From an uncultured bacterium (lineage in GTDB: Bacteria; Margulisbacteria; Termititenacia; CAZZFK01), in assembly GCA_964653455.1 (NCBI GenBank), contig CAZZFK010000002.1:82246-146245 (forward strand): a DNA stretch of 64,000 nt, written 5' to 3'. The translations under genes were made by a program, and so were the position numbers. Within the stretch, counting starts at the first letter, position 1, and every line of letters starts with the position of its first letter. The notes beneath the pieces were generated by a model. It saw only the letters and a program-made list of their open reading frames with translations. It was not told the origin of the DNA and made no database searches. Of this stretch, positions 1-8,254 are shown piece by piece.

Positions 1-1071
1 CTCCTGCTTCAAGAAGTCCGTGCGGTCTTCTTTGAGGTCAGCGGCAAAGGCCTTGCGGGCGGTCGGATTCAATCGCTCCCCGATGATGAGATAGTCGCTC
101 TTCCCGTCCAGGACATAATGAGCACTGCGGCTCGTGAAATACACCTTTTGTGCAACATTTTTTGACGTTGAAGCTTTTTGGGGTCTTTCCTGCAGTTTTA
201 AGGCGGTCTGTTTGATATGGGCCGGGGTCGTTCCGCAGCACCCGCCAAAGATCGAGAACCCCAGGTCAACAAAAGCTGACGTAAGTGTACCGAACTCCTC
301 CGGCCGCATAGTGTAGACCGCGGTCCCGCCCTCAAGAACAGGGAGCCCCGCATTAGGCATGATCATCAAAGGTATATGGATCAGGGCCTGCAGTTGCTTT
401 TTCATGGGCGCAAGGAGCGCGTACAGTTCCTGAGGCCCGTTCCCGCAGTTGGTACAGAACACATCTGCCCCGAGGCCCTGACAAGTGAGCGCTGCCGTAA
501 GGTAGTCCGTTCCTGTCAGCGTACGCCCGTTCTTATCGAACGTGAAGCTGCAGATGACCGGGAGCTTCGTGTTCTCTTTGGCGGCGATAAGCGCCGCGCG
601 CATTTCCTGCATATCGGACATGGTCTCAATGATCAGGATATCCGCGCCGCCCTTAGCAAGCGCTTTTGCCTGCCTCGCGAACGCCGCGTACGCATCATCA
701 AAGGACAAAGACCCCATCGGCTCCAGTAGTTTGCCGAGCGGACCGATATCCCCGGCGACCAGCGTTCCGATGCCGGCAACGCGCCTGGCATTTTTCACGG
801 CAGCGATATTGAGCTCTTCGGTACGGTCTTCCAGCCCGAACTGCGCGAGCTTCAAAGGGGACGCACCGAAGGTGTTCGTCTCTATGATATCCGCGCCGGC
901 CAATATATATTCCTGATGGATGCGAGAAAGGACTTCCGGGCGCTCGACGTTCAGGAGCTCAGGGCAGTTCTGGGTGATGCCGTAATTGAGCAGCATCGTC
1001 CCCATGGCCCCGTCACAGACAAGATGCCCCCTTTTTTTCAGCAGTGCGTACAGCACGTTCGTGTTTTTCAT
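1..1071 (-). CDS. metH: Methionine synthase-like protein, N-terminal homocysteine S-methyltransferase domain. It is partial: the C-terminus runs off the window start.
   Basis: My own translation of the minus strand from the ATG at 1071 gives MKNTNVLYALLKKRGHLVCDGAMGTMLLNYGITQNCPELLNVERPEVL...FGLEDRTEELNIAAVKNARRVAG...GGCCGTTPAHIKQ. This is the Hcy-binding (S-methyl_trans) fold. The ORF is open to position 1, which is why it is missing from the ORF track. The plus-strand ORFs at 134-1170 are antisense artefacts. Confidence 0.7.
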   Translation of the reverse strand, partial: MKNTNVLYALLKKRGHLVCDGAMGTMLLNYGITQNCPELLNVERPEVLSRIHQEYILAGADIIETNTFGASPLKLAQFGLEDRTEELNIAAVKNARRVAGIGTLVAGDIGPLGKLLEPMGSLSFDDAYAAFARQAKALAKGGADILIIETMSDMQEMRAALIAAKENTKLPVICSFTFDKNGRTLTGTDYLTAALTCQGLGADVFCTNCGNGPQELYALLAPMKKQLQALIHIPLMIMPNAGLPVLEGGTAVYTMRPEEFGTLTSAFVDLGFSIFGGCCGTTPAHIKQTALKLQERPQKASTSKNVAQKVYFTSRSAHYVLDGKSDYLIIGERLNPTARKAFAADLKEDRTDFLKQE

Positions 1072-1209
1072 GGGCGGATTATACCATTAGCAAGAATAAA
1101 AGAGAGCGTGCAGTCCGCAAGATATTTCAAGATATTTTTCGACTGTTCAGATTTGACCAGTAGTATATAATCTCAAACAATACCAATAAGAAAGGACGGT
1201 CCACTTATT

Positions 1210-1722
1210 ATGAACGGGATCTCATTATCGAACAGGATACAAAGCACAGGAGCTCTATGGCAGGCATGTCCGTGCAAAAAGACGGAGGGGCAATACTCTC
1301 GTCTGAGCCCGAAAGGGACGATCACGATCACCTACTCCGATTATTACGGGATATCCAGTACTCGGAATTTTGCCAGTCTTTTCATGAACGAGATGAGCTC
1401 GATGAGCGACACGGAAGCGGCACGTGCATTAGCGGATATCATCTATAAAGCACCGGGGACCGTAGCGCTGGAGAACATCGCCGAAGCCATCGGCAATATC
1501 TGCCGCTTCATGGAAGAGCCCTGTGACCCGCGCCTTGGTCTGCGTCCGGAACTGCAGGAAAAACTCGGCAGGATCTTTTTTCAAATGAAAAAGAACGAAG
1601 GACCCGCATTTGAAGCATTGATGAAAACGTATACGTTCCGTCCCAGCATGGTCGACCGTATCAACCTCTGGGTATCTGAAGCTCAGTACAACATCTTGGA
1701 ATCCGGCAGACTGAAAAAATGA
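1210..1722 (+). CDS. Hypothetical protein (170 aa)
   Basis: Clean ORF with a purine-rich stretch upstream. No recognisable motif. It is followed by a hairpin terminator. Confidence 0.45.
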   Translation: MNGISLSNRIQSTGALWQACPCKKTEGQYSRLSPKGTITITYSDYYGISSTRNFASLFMNEMSSMSDTEAARALADIIYKAPGTVALENIAEAIGNICRFMEEPCDPRLGLRPELQEKLGRIFFQMKKNEGPAFEALMKTYTFRPSMVDRINLWVSEAQYNILESGRLKK

Positions 1723-1755
1723 ACGGTGCCGCGGCATAATTAAGAGAGCGTGCGC

Positions 1756-1789
1756 AAAAAAAGCCCGGCAGTTCTGCCGGGCTTTCGTT
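1756..1789. terminator. Bidirectional rho-independent terminator
   Basis: The sequence is an A-tract, then GCCCGGCAG, a short loop, CTGCCGGGC, then TTTCGTT. It lies between the convergent hypothetical gene and rplI. Confidence 0.55.
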
Positions 1790-1811
1790 ATTCTGTTCTC
1801 TGCGCTCGGGA

Positions 1812-2279
1812 CTATTCTTCTTTTGCCCCTTCATCTTCGCGCACCAGCTTGATCTTCACTTTCGCGTCAAGGCCCGGGTAATACTTGATGGTGACCTCGT
1901 ATTCGCCGATCTTCTTGATGCCGACATCAACATGCACTTTGCGCTTATCGATCGGAAGTCCGCTGACCGTCTTCACGACCTCTGCGATCTGCGCATGAGT
2001 GACCGTGCCGAACAGTTTGCCGTTCTCGGCCGCTTTCACCTTGATGGAGTACACGCCGCTCTCCAGTTTCTGGATATCGGCTTTCTTCTCTTCACGCTCG
2101 CGCGCCACTTTTTTCTGCTGCTGTTTTTCGATGGCAGAAAGGTGCACCTTCATCGCGGCGTCCACTTCTTTGGCCGTCCGTGACGGGAACAGGAAGTTGC
2201 GGGCATATCCGTCGGAAACGGTGACGACCGCGCCTTTCTCTCCCAAATGTTCATGATCTTTCAATAATACAACTTCCAT
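1812..2279 (-). CDS. rplI: 50S ribosomal protein L9
   Basis: MEVVLLKDHEHLGEKGAVVTVSDGYARNFLFP... is a typical L9. Confidence 0.9.
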   Translation of the reverse strand: MEVVLLKDHEHLGEKGAVVTVSDGYARNFLFPSRTAKEVDAAMKVHLSAIEKQQQKKVAREREEKKADIQKLESGVYSIKVKAAENGKLFGTVTHAQIAEVVKTVSGLPIDKRKVHVDVGIKKIGEYEVTIKYYPGLDAKVKIKLVREDEGAKEE

Positions 2280-2299
2280 GATTATCGACTCCTTCGGAC

Positions 2300-2539
2300 T
2301 TATTCTACCGTGTACGGTGCCAGCCCCATGTGACGCGCGCGCTTTACCGCACGTGCCGCTTCACGCTGATGCTTCGCACGGCATCCGGTCATACGTGCCG
2401 GGAGGATCTTACCGCGATCGCTCATCAGCATACGGACCTTGTCCAGGTCTTTATAATCCAGGACTTCGATCTTCTCTTTAATGAAGACCGATGCCTTTTT
2501 CCGGCGTTTCCTGCGTATTACGTCTTCTTTTTCTGCCAT
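2300..2539 (-). CDS. rpsR: 30S ribosomal protein S18
   Basis: ...RRKKASVFIKEKIEVLDYKDLDKVRMLMSDRGKILPARMTG... contains the S18 signature. Confidence 0.9.
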   Translation of the reverse strand: MAEKEDVIRRKRRKKASVFIKEKIEVLDYKDLDKVRMLMSDRGKILPARMTGCRAKHQREAARAVKRARHMGLAPYTVE

Positions 2540-2618
2540 GACATATCATTCCTTTCTAAAATTGTTCGCTATACCGACCCGTCCGACCTAGCGTTTATAC
2601 CTAAATATCTTTATTGTT

Positions 2619-3053
2619 CTAGAACGGGGCCACCGCGTCCGCTTCACCGGCGAGCGCGCCGACCTCTGAACCCATTGCCGGCGCTGTGTCCGCGCCGCTC
2701 GCAAAAGAACCGCCGGACGAATGTCCGCCGTCCCCTTTACGCTCCAGCATCTGCATGCCGTCCGCCACGATCTCCACCATGGTCTGTTTCTCTCCGTTGC
2801 GCTCCCACGAGCTCACCTGGAGCTTGCCTTCGATCTCAACGAGACGTCCTTTTTTCAAGTACTCTCCGCAGACCTCGCCCAAACGACGCCAGGCGACGAC
2901 ACGCAAAAAATCCGCCGTATCACCTTCTGCACCCTGCGGCTTAAAGGTACGGCTCACTGCTACGGTAAAACGACATACTGCGATGCCGGACGGTGTATAC
3001 CGTGTTTCCGGATCGCGTGTCAGTCTGCCGATTAAAAATACTTTGTTATACAT
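2619..3053 (-). CDS. ssb: Single-stranded DNA-binding protein, second tandem copy, with an atypical C-terminal tail (...ADAVAPF)
   Basis: The internal ATG at 3053 gives MYNKVFLIGRLTRDPETRYTPSGIAVCRFTVAVSR...VVAWRRLGEV..., an SSB OB-fold. The track ORF extends upstream through a Gly/Arg-rich junk N-terminus. The protein ends in APF rather than the canonical DIPF. Confidence 0.75.
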   Translation of the reverse strand: MYNKVFLIGRLTRDPETRYTPSGIAVCRFTVAVSRTFKPQGAEGDTADFLRVVAWRRLGEVCGEYLKKGRLVEIEGKLQVSSWERNGEKQTMVEIVADGMQMLERKGDGGHSSGGSFASGADTAPAMGSEVGALAGEADAVAPF

Positions 3054-3067
3054 TATATATATCTGCC

Positions 3068-3523
3068 TTAGAAAGGGATGTCTTCTTCGACCGCTACCGG
3101 CTCTTGAGAGAACTGCGGATCCTGCACGTTCGACATGTCCGCCGTCCCGCCAAAGGCCTCTGCGATATCCTGCGTACGGTCCGAACGTTCCTTTGCGGCC
3201 CCGCCGCCAAGGAACACCACGCTGTTCGACACGACCTCGGTCGCCCATTTTTTCGTACCGGCGTTATCGTTATACGTACGCACCTGGATGCGCCCTTCTA
3301 CCAGGACCATCTTCCCTTTAGTGCAGAACTTACCGACATTTTCAGCCTGCCTGCCCCAGGACACGACATCAATAAAATCCGTCCCTCCCGCCGTTCCGTC
3401 CGGACGTTTGGGCCTGTCGACCGCCAAGGTGAACTTGGCCATGTTCGATTCCGGGTTCGCTGAGCGCACTTCCGGGTCCGTGGTAAGTCTTCCGATCAAT
3501 ATGATCTTATTGAGGTTGGCCAT
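3068..3523 (-). CDS. ssb: Single-stranded DNA-binding protein with the canonical acidic DIPF tail
   Basis: MANLNKIILIGRLTTDPEVR...FIDVVSWGRQAEN... ends in ...EEDIPF. Confidence 0.9.
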   Translation of the reverse strand: MANLNKIILIGRLTTDPEVRSANPESNMAKFTLAVDRPKRPDGTAGGTDFIDVVSWGRQAENVGKFCTKGKMVLVEGRIQVRTYNDNAGTKKWATEVVSNSVVFLGGGAAKERSDRTQDIAEAFGGTADMSNVQDPQFSQEPVAVEEDIPF

Positions 3524-3533
3524 GGTCCCTTAC

Positions 3534-3857
3534 TTAGGCAGCCGCAGGTTGACGACGGCTCTTGTCACACACGCTCTCGTAGGTGGAGTTCATGAACCGG
3601 ATCACCGCATCGGAAAGTGTGAGCACATGCTGCATCTCTTCGAGCGCTTTGGGCGCGGCCTTGAACTCGATCTTGTAGTAGAACCCGCTGCGCATTTTCT
3701 TGAACTCGGTCGCCAGCTCGCGCTTCCCGAGACTCTCGTTCGTCATGATCTCTGCGCCGTTATCGGTCAGTGCCTTCACGAGCTTCGTGCGGAACTGTTC
3801 GAGCTTCTCTTCCTCCCAATCGGTGCGCAGGATATAGAGCAATTCGTATCTTTTCAT
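3534..3857 (-). CDS. rpsF: 30S ribosomal protein S6
   Basis: MKRYELLYILRTDWEEEKLEQF... matches S6. It completes the rpsF-ssb-ssb-rpsR-rplI operon. Confidence 0.9.
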   Translation of the reverse strand: MKRYELLYILRTDWEEEKLEQFRTKLVKALTDNGAEIMTNESLGKRELATEFKKMRSGFYYKIEFKAAPKALEEMQHVLTLSDAVIRFMNSTYESVCDKSRRQPAAA

Positions 3858-3900
3858 TTTTATTCCTCCTAAACAATATCAAAAAAGGGTCACGATAATA

Positions 3901-5700
3901 TCACGCGATATAGGGTTTTACAACCCAGCGTTTCCGCACCGCATTACATAAATATACGGTTTCGGCACGGAAAAGGTCGGCCCTATTCAGCACCTTTTCC
4001 GTCACCCGCCCCTGGGCTAACAGGTGTTCCCGATAGACGCCGGCCAGAAGTCCGCACCTGCGCGGAGGGGTGTACAGGCGGCCGCCAAGCTCGAGGATGA
4101 CATTACTGATGGCCCCTTCCGTCAGTTCTCCGCATTCATTGAAGAACAGAATATCATCGAAGCCTTTTTTGACCGCTCGCTGATATTCCTGTTCGTAGCG
4201 CACACGGTGCGTTGTCTTGTACTGCAGAAATAGGGACATGCTGTCCGTCCTCTTCCTCGAAACGAGGACACGGCTCGAAGAACGCCCCGGGGAAAATCCC
4301 GCAGATGAGACCACAACATCCCCGCTCTCCGACAATAAAAGTCTGACCCTATAGCACTTGTCCCGGGGAAGATCTGCGACCGCCGCCTGCAGCTTCTGCA
4401 GAACAGCGCACATATCAACGGGATAACCGAAATGATCGGCCGTGCGCTGCAGACGCTCACAATGCAGGTCAAGCAGAAAGAACCGTCCGTGCTCATACAG
4501 CATGGTCTCTATGATATTGAACATCCCTGCAGGTCTACCCAAGAACCTTCCCTTCAATAATGCTTCGTCATATTCTGATCCAGGGTCAGACCCCCAGGTT
4601 ATACCTCCCCCCACCCCTATGTCCCCCTGGAATACCCCGGCATGTTTTTTCATCATTTGTACAGTACGTATAGCAACACTGAACACGGCATCCCCGCTCG
4701 GTGCCAGACACCCGATAGTACCGGAGTAAACCCCTCTATATCCTTTTTCAAGATGAGCGATCATGTTCATCGCTGCTTTCTTTGGGGCCCCCGTTATTGA
4801 TCCGGACGGGAATAGGTGCGCAATAATATCTTTAAACTGAACACTTCGCAGTAATGTTCCTTTAACGGTAGAGGTCATTTGAAAAAGTGTCGGATGCTTC
4901 TCCACATCAAATAGCGGGGCCGCTTTTATGGTCCCCGGGACACAGACACGTGCCAGATCGTTCCGCATCAGGTCAACGATCATGATGTTTTCCGCCCGGT
5001 TCTTCTCATCGGAAGCCAGTTGCTGAGCAATGGACCTGTCCTCACGCGCATACAGGCCCCGAGGAGCGGTCCCTTTCATCGGCCTGACGATCAGCGTACG
5101 GCCTTTTTTTTCAAAAAAGAGTTCCGGAGAAACACTTGTTATTGAAAAAGCCCCTGCCTGTATACACGCCCCATACGAAACCGGCTGTCTTTTGCGTAAG
5201 AACGTATACAGCCCGAACGGATCACCATGAAAAATGAGCTTCCGTTTCATCGTAAAATTGACCTGATATACAGAACCTCTGGCTATATGTTTTTTTATCA
5301 GCGTTACAGCACGCATGTAGCGCCCTTTAGTATTGCTGAACTTTTTTAAATATATTTCCGGCGATACAATAGGAGCATATTGACTCAACTTGACAGTTTT
5401 TACAGTTTTAAATATTCCAAACCACAACAACGGCAATGAAGTTTCGCACAGTCTTGCGGTTTTTTTGCTTTGAAGACCGGGAATGAACACAGTCCCTGCT
5501 TCATAGCTGATAAAACCGACAGACCAATAGCCTTTTGACTGATACTGCTGTACAGTGAACAATGCTGCCTCAACTTCATGCAGTACAGTACAGCTGACAA
5601 TGGCAACAGGCCTTGTGAACTCTTTGCGAACAGAATTGAAATCAAGAACAATGTGAATATCGTCCACGATCCCACACCTTTTTGAAGCACCAAGGAACAA
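3901..5700 (-). CDS. pabBC: Fusion of aminodeoxychorismate synthase component I (PabB-like chorismate-binding domain) to 4-amino-4-deoxychorismate lyase (PabC-like class IV aminotransferase fold)
   Basis: The N-terminal and middle parts carry chorismate-utilising motifs (GFISYEAG, PELFF, GTAPRG, IMIVDLMRNDL, FPSGSITGAPK). The C-terminal roughly 200 aa resembles class IV aminotransferase / ADC lyase. Confidence 0.7.
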   Translation of the reverse strand: MFLGASKRCGIVDDIHIVLDFNSVRKEFTRPVAIVSCTVLHEVEAALFTVQQYQSKGYWSVGFISYEAGTVFIPGLQSKKTARLCETSLPLLWFGIFKTVKTVKLSQYAPIVSPEIYLKKFSNTKGRYMRAVTLIKKHIARGSVYQVNFTMKRKLIFHGDPFGLYTFLRKRQPVSYGACIQAGAFSITSVSPELFFEKKGRTLIVRPMKGTAPRGLYAREDRSIAQQLASDEKNRAENIMIVDLMRNDLARVCVPGTIKAAPLFDVEKHPTLFQMTSTVKGTLLRSVQFKDIIAHLFPSGSITGAPKKAAMNMIAHLEKGYRGVYSGTIGCLAPSGDAVFSVAIRTVQMMKKHAGVFQGDIGVGGGITWGSDPGSEYDEALLKGRFLGRPAGMFNIIETMLYEHGRFFLLDLHCERLQRTADHFGYPVDMCAVLQKLQAAVADLPRDKCYRVRLLLSESGDVVVSSAGFSPGRSSSRVLVSRKRTDSMSLFLQYKTTHRVRYEQEYQRAVKKGFDDILFFNECGELTEGAISNVILELGGRLYTPPRRCGLLAGVYREHLLAQGRVTEKVLNRADLFRAETVYLCNAVRKRWVVKPYIA

Positions 5701-5803
5701 GAATCATGTGGTAAGAAATTTCTTGCCACATGACACTCATCATTTGCCGCTTTTAGTACAGGCTGGGATGGCCCCGACAGGACCTAGTACATAGCCTTAA
5801 GAT

Positions 5804-6658
5804 CTATCGAATGAGCTCGAGCAAACGCTCCAGATCATCCTGAGAAAAATACGCTATCTCTATCTTGCCTTTATTATCACTACCGCGAACATCGACCTTG
5901 GTAGAAAAATGTGTCGAGAATTTTTCCCGTACATCGCGCATTAACGGAGTCTGCTCTTCCGCTCCCGAAACGCCGGAAGACTTCTTCGTTCTTGCCTTGG
6001 CAGAGCTCGCTATGCCTTCCGCATTCCGGACCGAAAGACTTCCGGCCAATATGTCTTTCCACATCTGTATCTGACTGCGCTCATCGCCTGCGGACAAGAT
6101 CGCCCGGGCATGTCCTGCGGTGATAGCACCCTCGCGAATACTTGCTTTTATCTCGGTCGGCAAGTCCATCAACCTCAGCGCATTGGCGATCGCAGACCTG
6201 CTCTTCCCGACCTTTTGCGATACGGCTTCCTGCGTCAGGTCGAACTCTTTCATAAGCAGCGCATAGGATTCCGCCTCATCGATCGCGTTAAGGTCCTCGC
6301 GCTGAACGTTCTCAATGATGGCCAATTCCAAAGATTTTTCATTGGATATGTTCTTGACAATGACCGGGACCACTTCCAGGCCAGCAAGCTTGGAAGCACG
6401 CCAGCGTCGCTCTCCGGCGATCAGTTCATACTTATCCTCGACCTGCCTCACAAGCAACGGCTGCGCCACACCATGCTCTTTAATTGAGCTGGCAAGCTCT
6501 TTTAAAGAATCCTCATTGAAGGTATGTCTGGGCTGTCTGGGGTTGGGAACGATATCTCGAATAGGGATGCTCAGCACTGTCCTGCCGGAGACCAGTGTAG
6601 TTTTCTGCGGCAATAACGCCTCAAGCCCTTTACCCAAACCTCGCTTAATTTCGGCCAT
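5804..6658 (-). CDS. parB: Chromosome partitioning protein ParB/Spo0J
   Basis: MAEIKRGLGKGLEALLP is the ParB N-terminal box. A helix-turn-helix region is present. Confidence 0.9.
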   Translation of the reverse strand: MAEIKRGLGKGLEALLPQKTTLVSGRTVLSIPIRDIVPNPRQPRHTFNEDSLKELASSIKEHGVAQPLLVRQVEDKYELIAGERRWRASKLAGLEVVPVIVKNISNEKSLELAIIENVQREDLNAIDEAESYALLMKEFDLTQEAVSQKVGKSRSAIANALRLMDLPTEIKASIREGAITAGHARAILSAGDERSQIQMWKDILAGSLSVRNAEGIASSAKARTKKSSGVSGAEEQTPLMRDVREKFSTHFSTKVDVRGSDNKGKIEIAYFSQDDLERLLELIR

Positions 6659-7412
6659 TTTGCAGTACCTCCTTGGTCAATTCCTGATACGCCATGGCCC
6701 CTTCGGACTTCTTGGCATATATCGTTATTGGCTGCCCAAAACTCGGAGCTTCACTGATGCGCACATTTCTGGGGATAATGGTCTTAAAGACCTTGTCATT
6801 AAAATGCTTCTTTGTTTCTTCCACAACTTCACGGCTTAATTTAGTACGATGATCGTACATGGTCATGACTATGCCACCCAGCTCAAGTTCAGGATTAGCC
6901 TCGCTTTTTACCATTTCGATCGTGCTCATAAGCCTCCCTAAGCCTTCCAGCGCATAATACTCGCATTGCACAGGGACCAATACCTTCGTAGCCGCAGATA
7001 GTGCATTAATGGTCAGGATCCCTATCGAAGGAGGACAATCGATCAAAATATAATCATATGAATCTTTTATCGGATCGATCGCCTTCTTCAACTGATATTC
7101 CCGCTCTTCAATATTGAGCAGTTCAACAGAAGCGCCAGCGAGATCGGAATTAGCGGGAATAATGTTCAAGTTCTCTACCGATGTGGGGTACAGAACATCC
7201 AGTATCTCTTTTGTTCCGCAAATAAGCTCATATAGCGTACCTGTGATCTTTTCTACGGCAAGCCCTACCCCGCTCGTCGCATTCCCCTGAGGGTCCATAT
7301 CAACGATCAAAACACGTTTGCCATGGTCGGCCAGAAAGGCCCCAAGGTTCACAGTGGTCGTAGTTTTACCGACCCCGCCCTTCTGATTTACTACTGCATA
7401 TATTTCTGTCAT
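6645..7412 (-). CDS. parA: Chromosome partitioning ATPase ParA/Soj
   Basis: MTEIYAVVNQKGGVGKTTTTVNLGA is the deviant Walker A of ParA. It overlaps parB. Confidence 0.9.
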   Translation of the reverse strand: MTEIYAVVNQKGGVGKTTTTVNLGAFLADHGKRVLIVDMDPQGNATSGVGLAVEKITGTLYELICGTKEILDVLYPTSVENLNIIPANSDLAGASVELLNIEEREYQLKKAIDPIKDSYDYILIDCPPSIGILTINALSAATKVLVPVQCEYYALEGLGRLMSTIEMVKSEANPELELGGIVMTMYDHRTKLSREVVEETKKHFNDKVFKTIIPRNVRISEAPSFGQPITIYAKKSEGAMAYQELTKEVLQNGRN

Positions 7413-7523
7413 GAGAACTCCCCCTGCATAGTATCAAACACACATCCACCGCATCTAAACTTAAACCGTTCTATATGTTCAATTATACCCGACGTCTTTT
7501 CATGATGTCCAGTCCTGTATAAA

Positions 7524-7539
7524 TGTTTCACGTGAAACA
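7524..7539. promoter_or_regulatory. parS: parS centromere-like site (TGTTTCACGTGAAACA) in the parA promoter region
   Basis: Perfect 16-bp palindrome matching the conserved parS consensus tGTTtCACGTGAAACa. It lies between parA and rsmG. Confidence 0.75.
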
Positions 7540-7543
7540 TTTA

Positions 7544-8254
7544 TCATAATGGCTTTCTTGAAGGCATGCCTTCTTTTCTTGGATATTCGGGTGGCGTGTT
7601 TTTTATCTTTTTGATAAGGACCAATGAACGACCATTCACGCCGATAGAGAACTTTTTTATGTCTATATTTCCTCCCCCAAGTTTTTTTATCGCCCCTTGT
7701 GCAGCAGCAACTTCCTGATCACAGTCCGCACTCTTATAGAGCACTGTACATCCGCCGACCTTTATCAAAGGCAATAGGTACTCAACAAGAACTCTTGTTT
7801 CAGACACAGCCCTGGCTACGGCAATATCGAAGGCCTCCCGAAGACTAGGGTCATGCCCGACAATTTCAGCCCGCAGCGCGATACAGGTAGTGTCTTTCAG
7901 CCCAAGAACTCCTGAGATCTCGGAAAGGAACTTAACCTTCTTCTGCACAGAATCAACAAGGGTCAAATGAATATTCGGGAATAACAGCTTAAGTGGAACA
8001 CCGGGGAAACCTGCACCAGCCCCGACATCGATCATTGATATAGGATGACCAAAGGTTTTCGGGCTGACAATATTCAATATAGAAAGTGAATCTATGAAGT
8101 GCTTCTCGATTATCCCGGCCTCATCGGTTATGGCAGTTAAGTTCACCTGCTCGTTCGCTCTTTGCAGTACTTGCATATATTGACGGAACTGCTCCAGCTG
8201 TTCCGAAGATATCTGCACATTATACTGACTCAAGTATTGGGCAATGCTATTCAT
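7544..8254 (-). CDS. rsmG: 16S rRNA (guanine527-N7)-methyltransferase RsmG/GidB
   Basis: SAM-methyltransferase motif [10 protein letters not shown]. Position is downstream of mnmG, as is typical. Confidence 0.85.
   Translation of the reverse strand: MNSIAQYLSQYNVQISSEQLEQFRQYMQVLQRANEQVNLTAITDEAGIIEKHFIDSLSILNIVSPKTFGHPISMIDVGAGAGFPGVPLKLLFPNIHLTLVDSVQKKVKFLSEISGVLGLKDTTCIALRAEIVGHDPSLREAFDIAVARAVSETRVLVEYLLPLIKVGGCTVLYKSADCDQEVAAAQGAIKKLGGGNIDIKKFSIGVNGRSLVLIKKIKNTPPEYPRKEGMPSRKPL

Noticed and set aside
134-1170. Four plus-strand ORFs (134-316, 376-729, 542-916, 916-1170) at the window start
   Set aside because: All lie antisense to a continuous minus-strand metH-like ORF that has clear homocysteine-methyltransferase motifs. 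They are GC-rich antisense artefacts.
2686-3463. Long plus-strand ORFs (211, 104 and 156 aa) across the ssb genes
   Set aside because: They are antisense to two clear SSB OB-fold genes.
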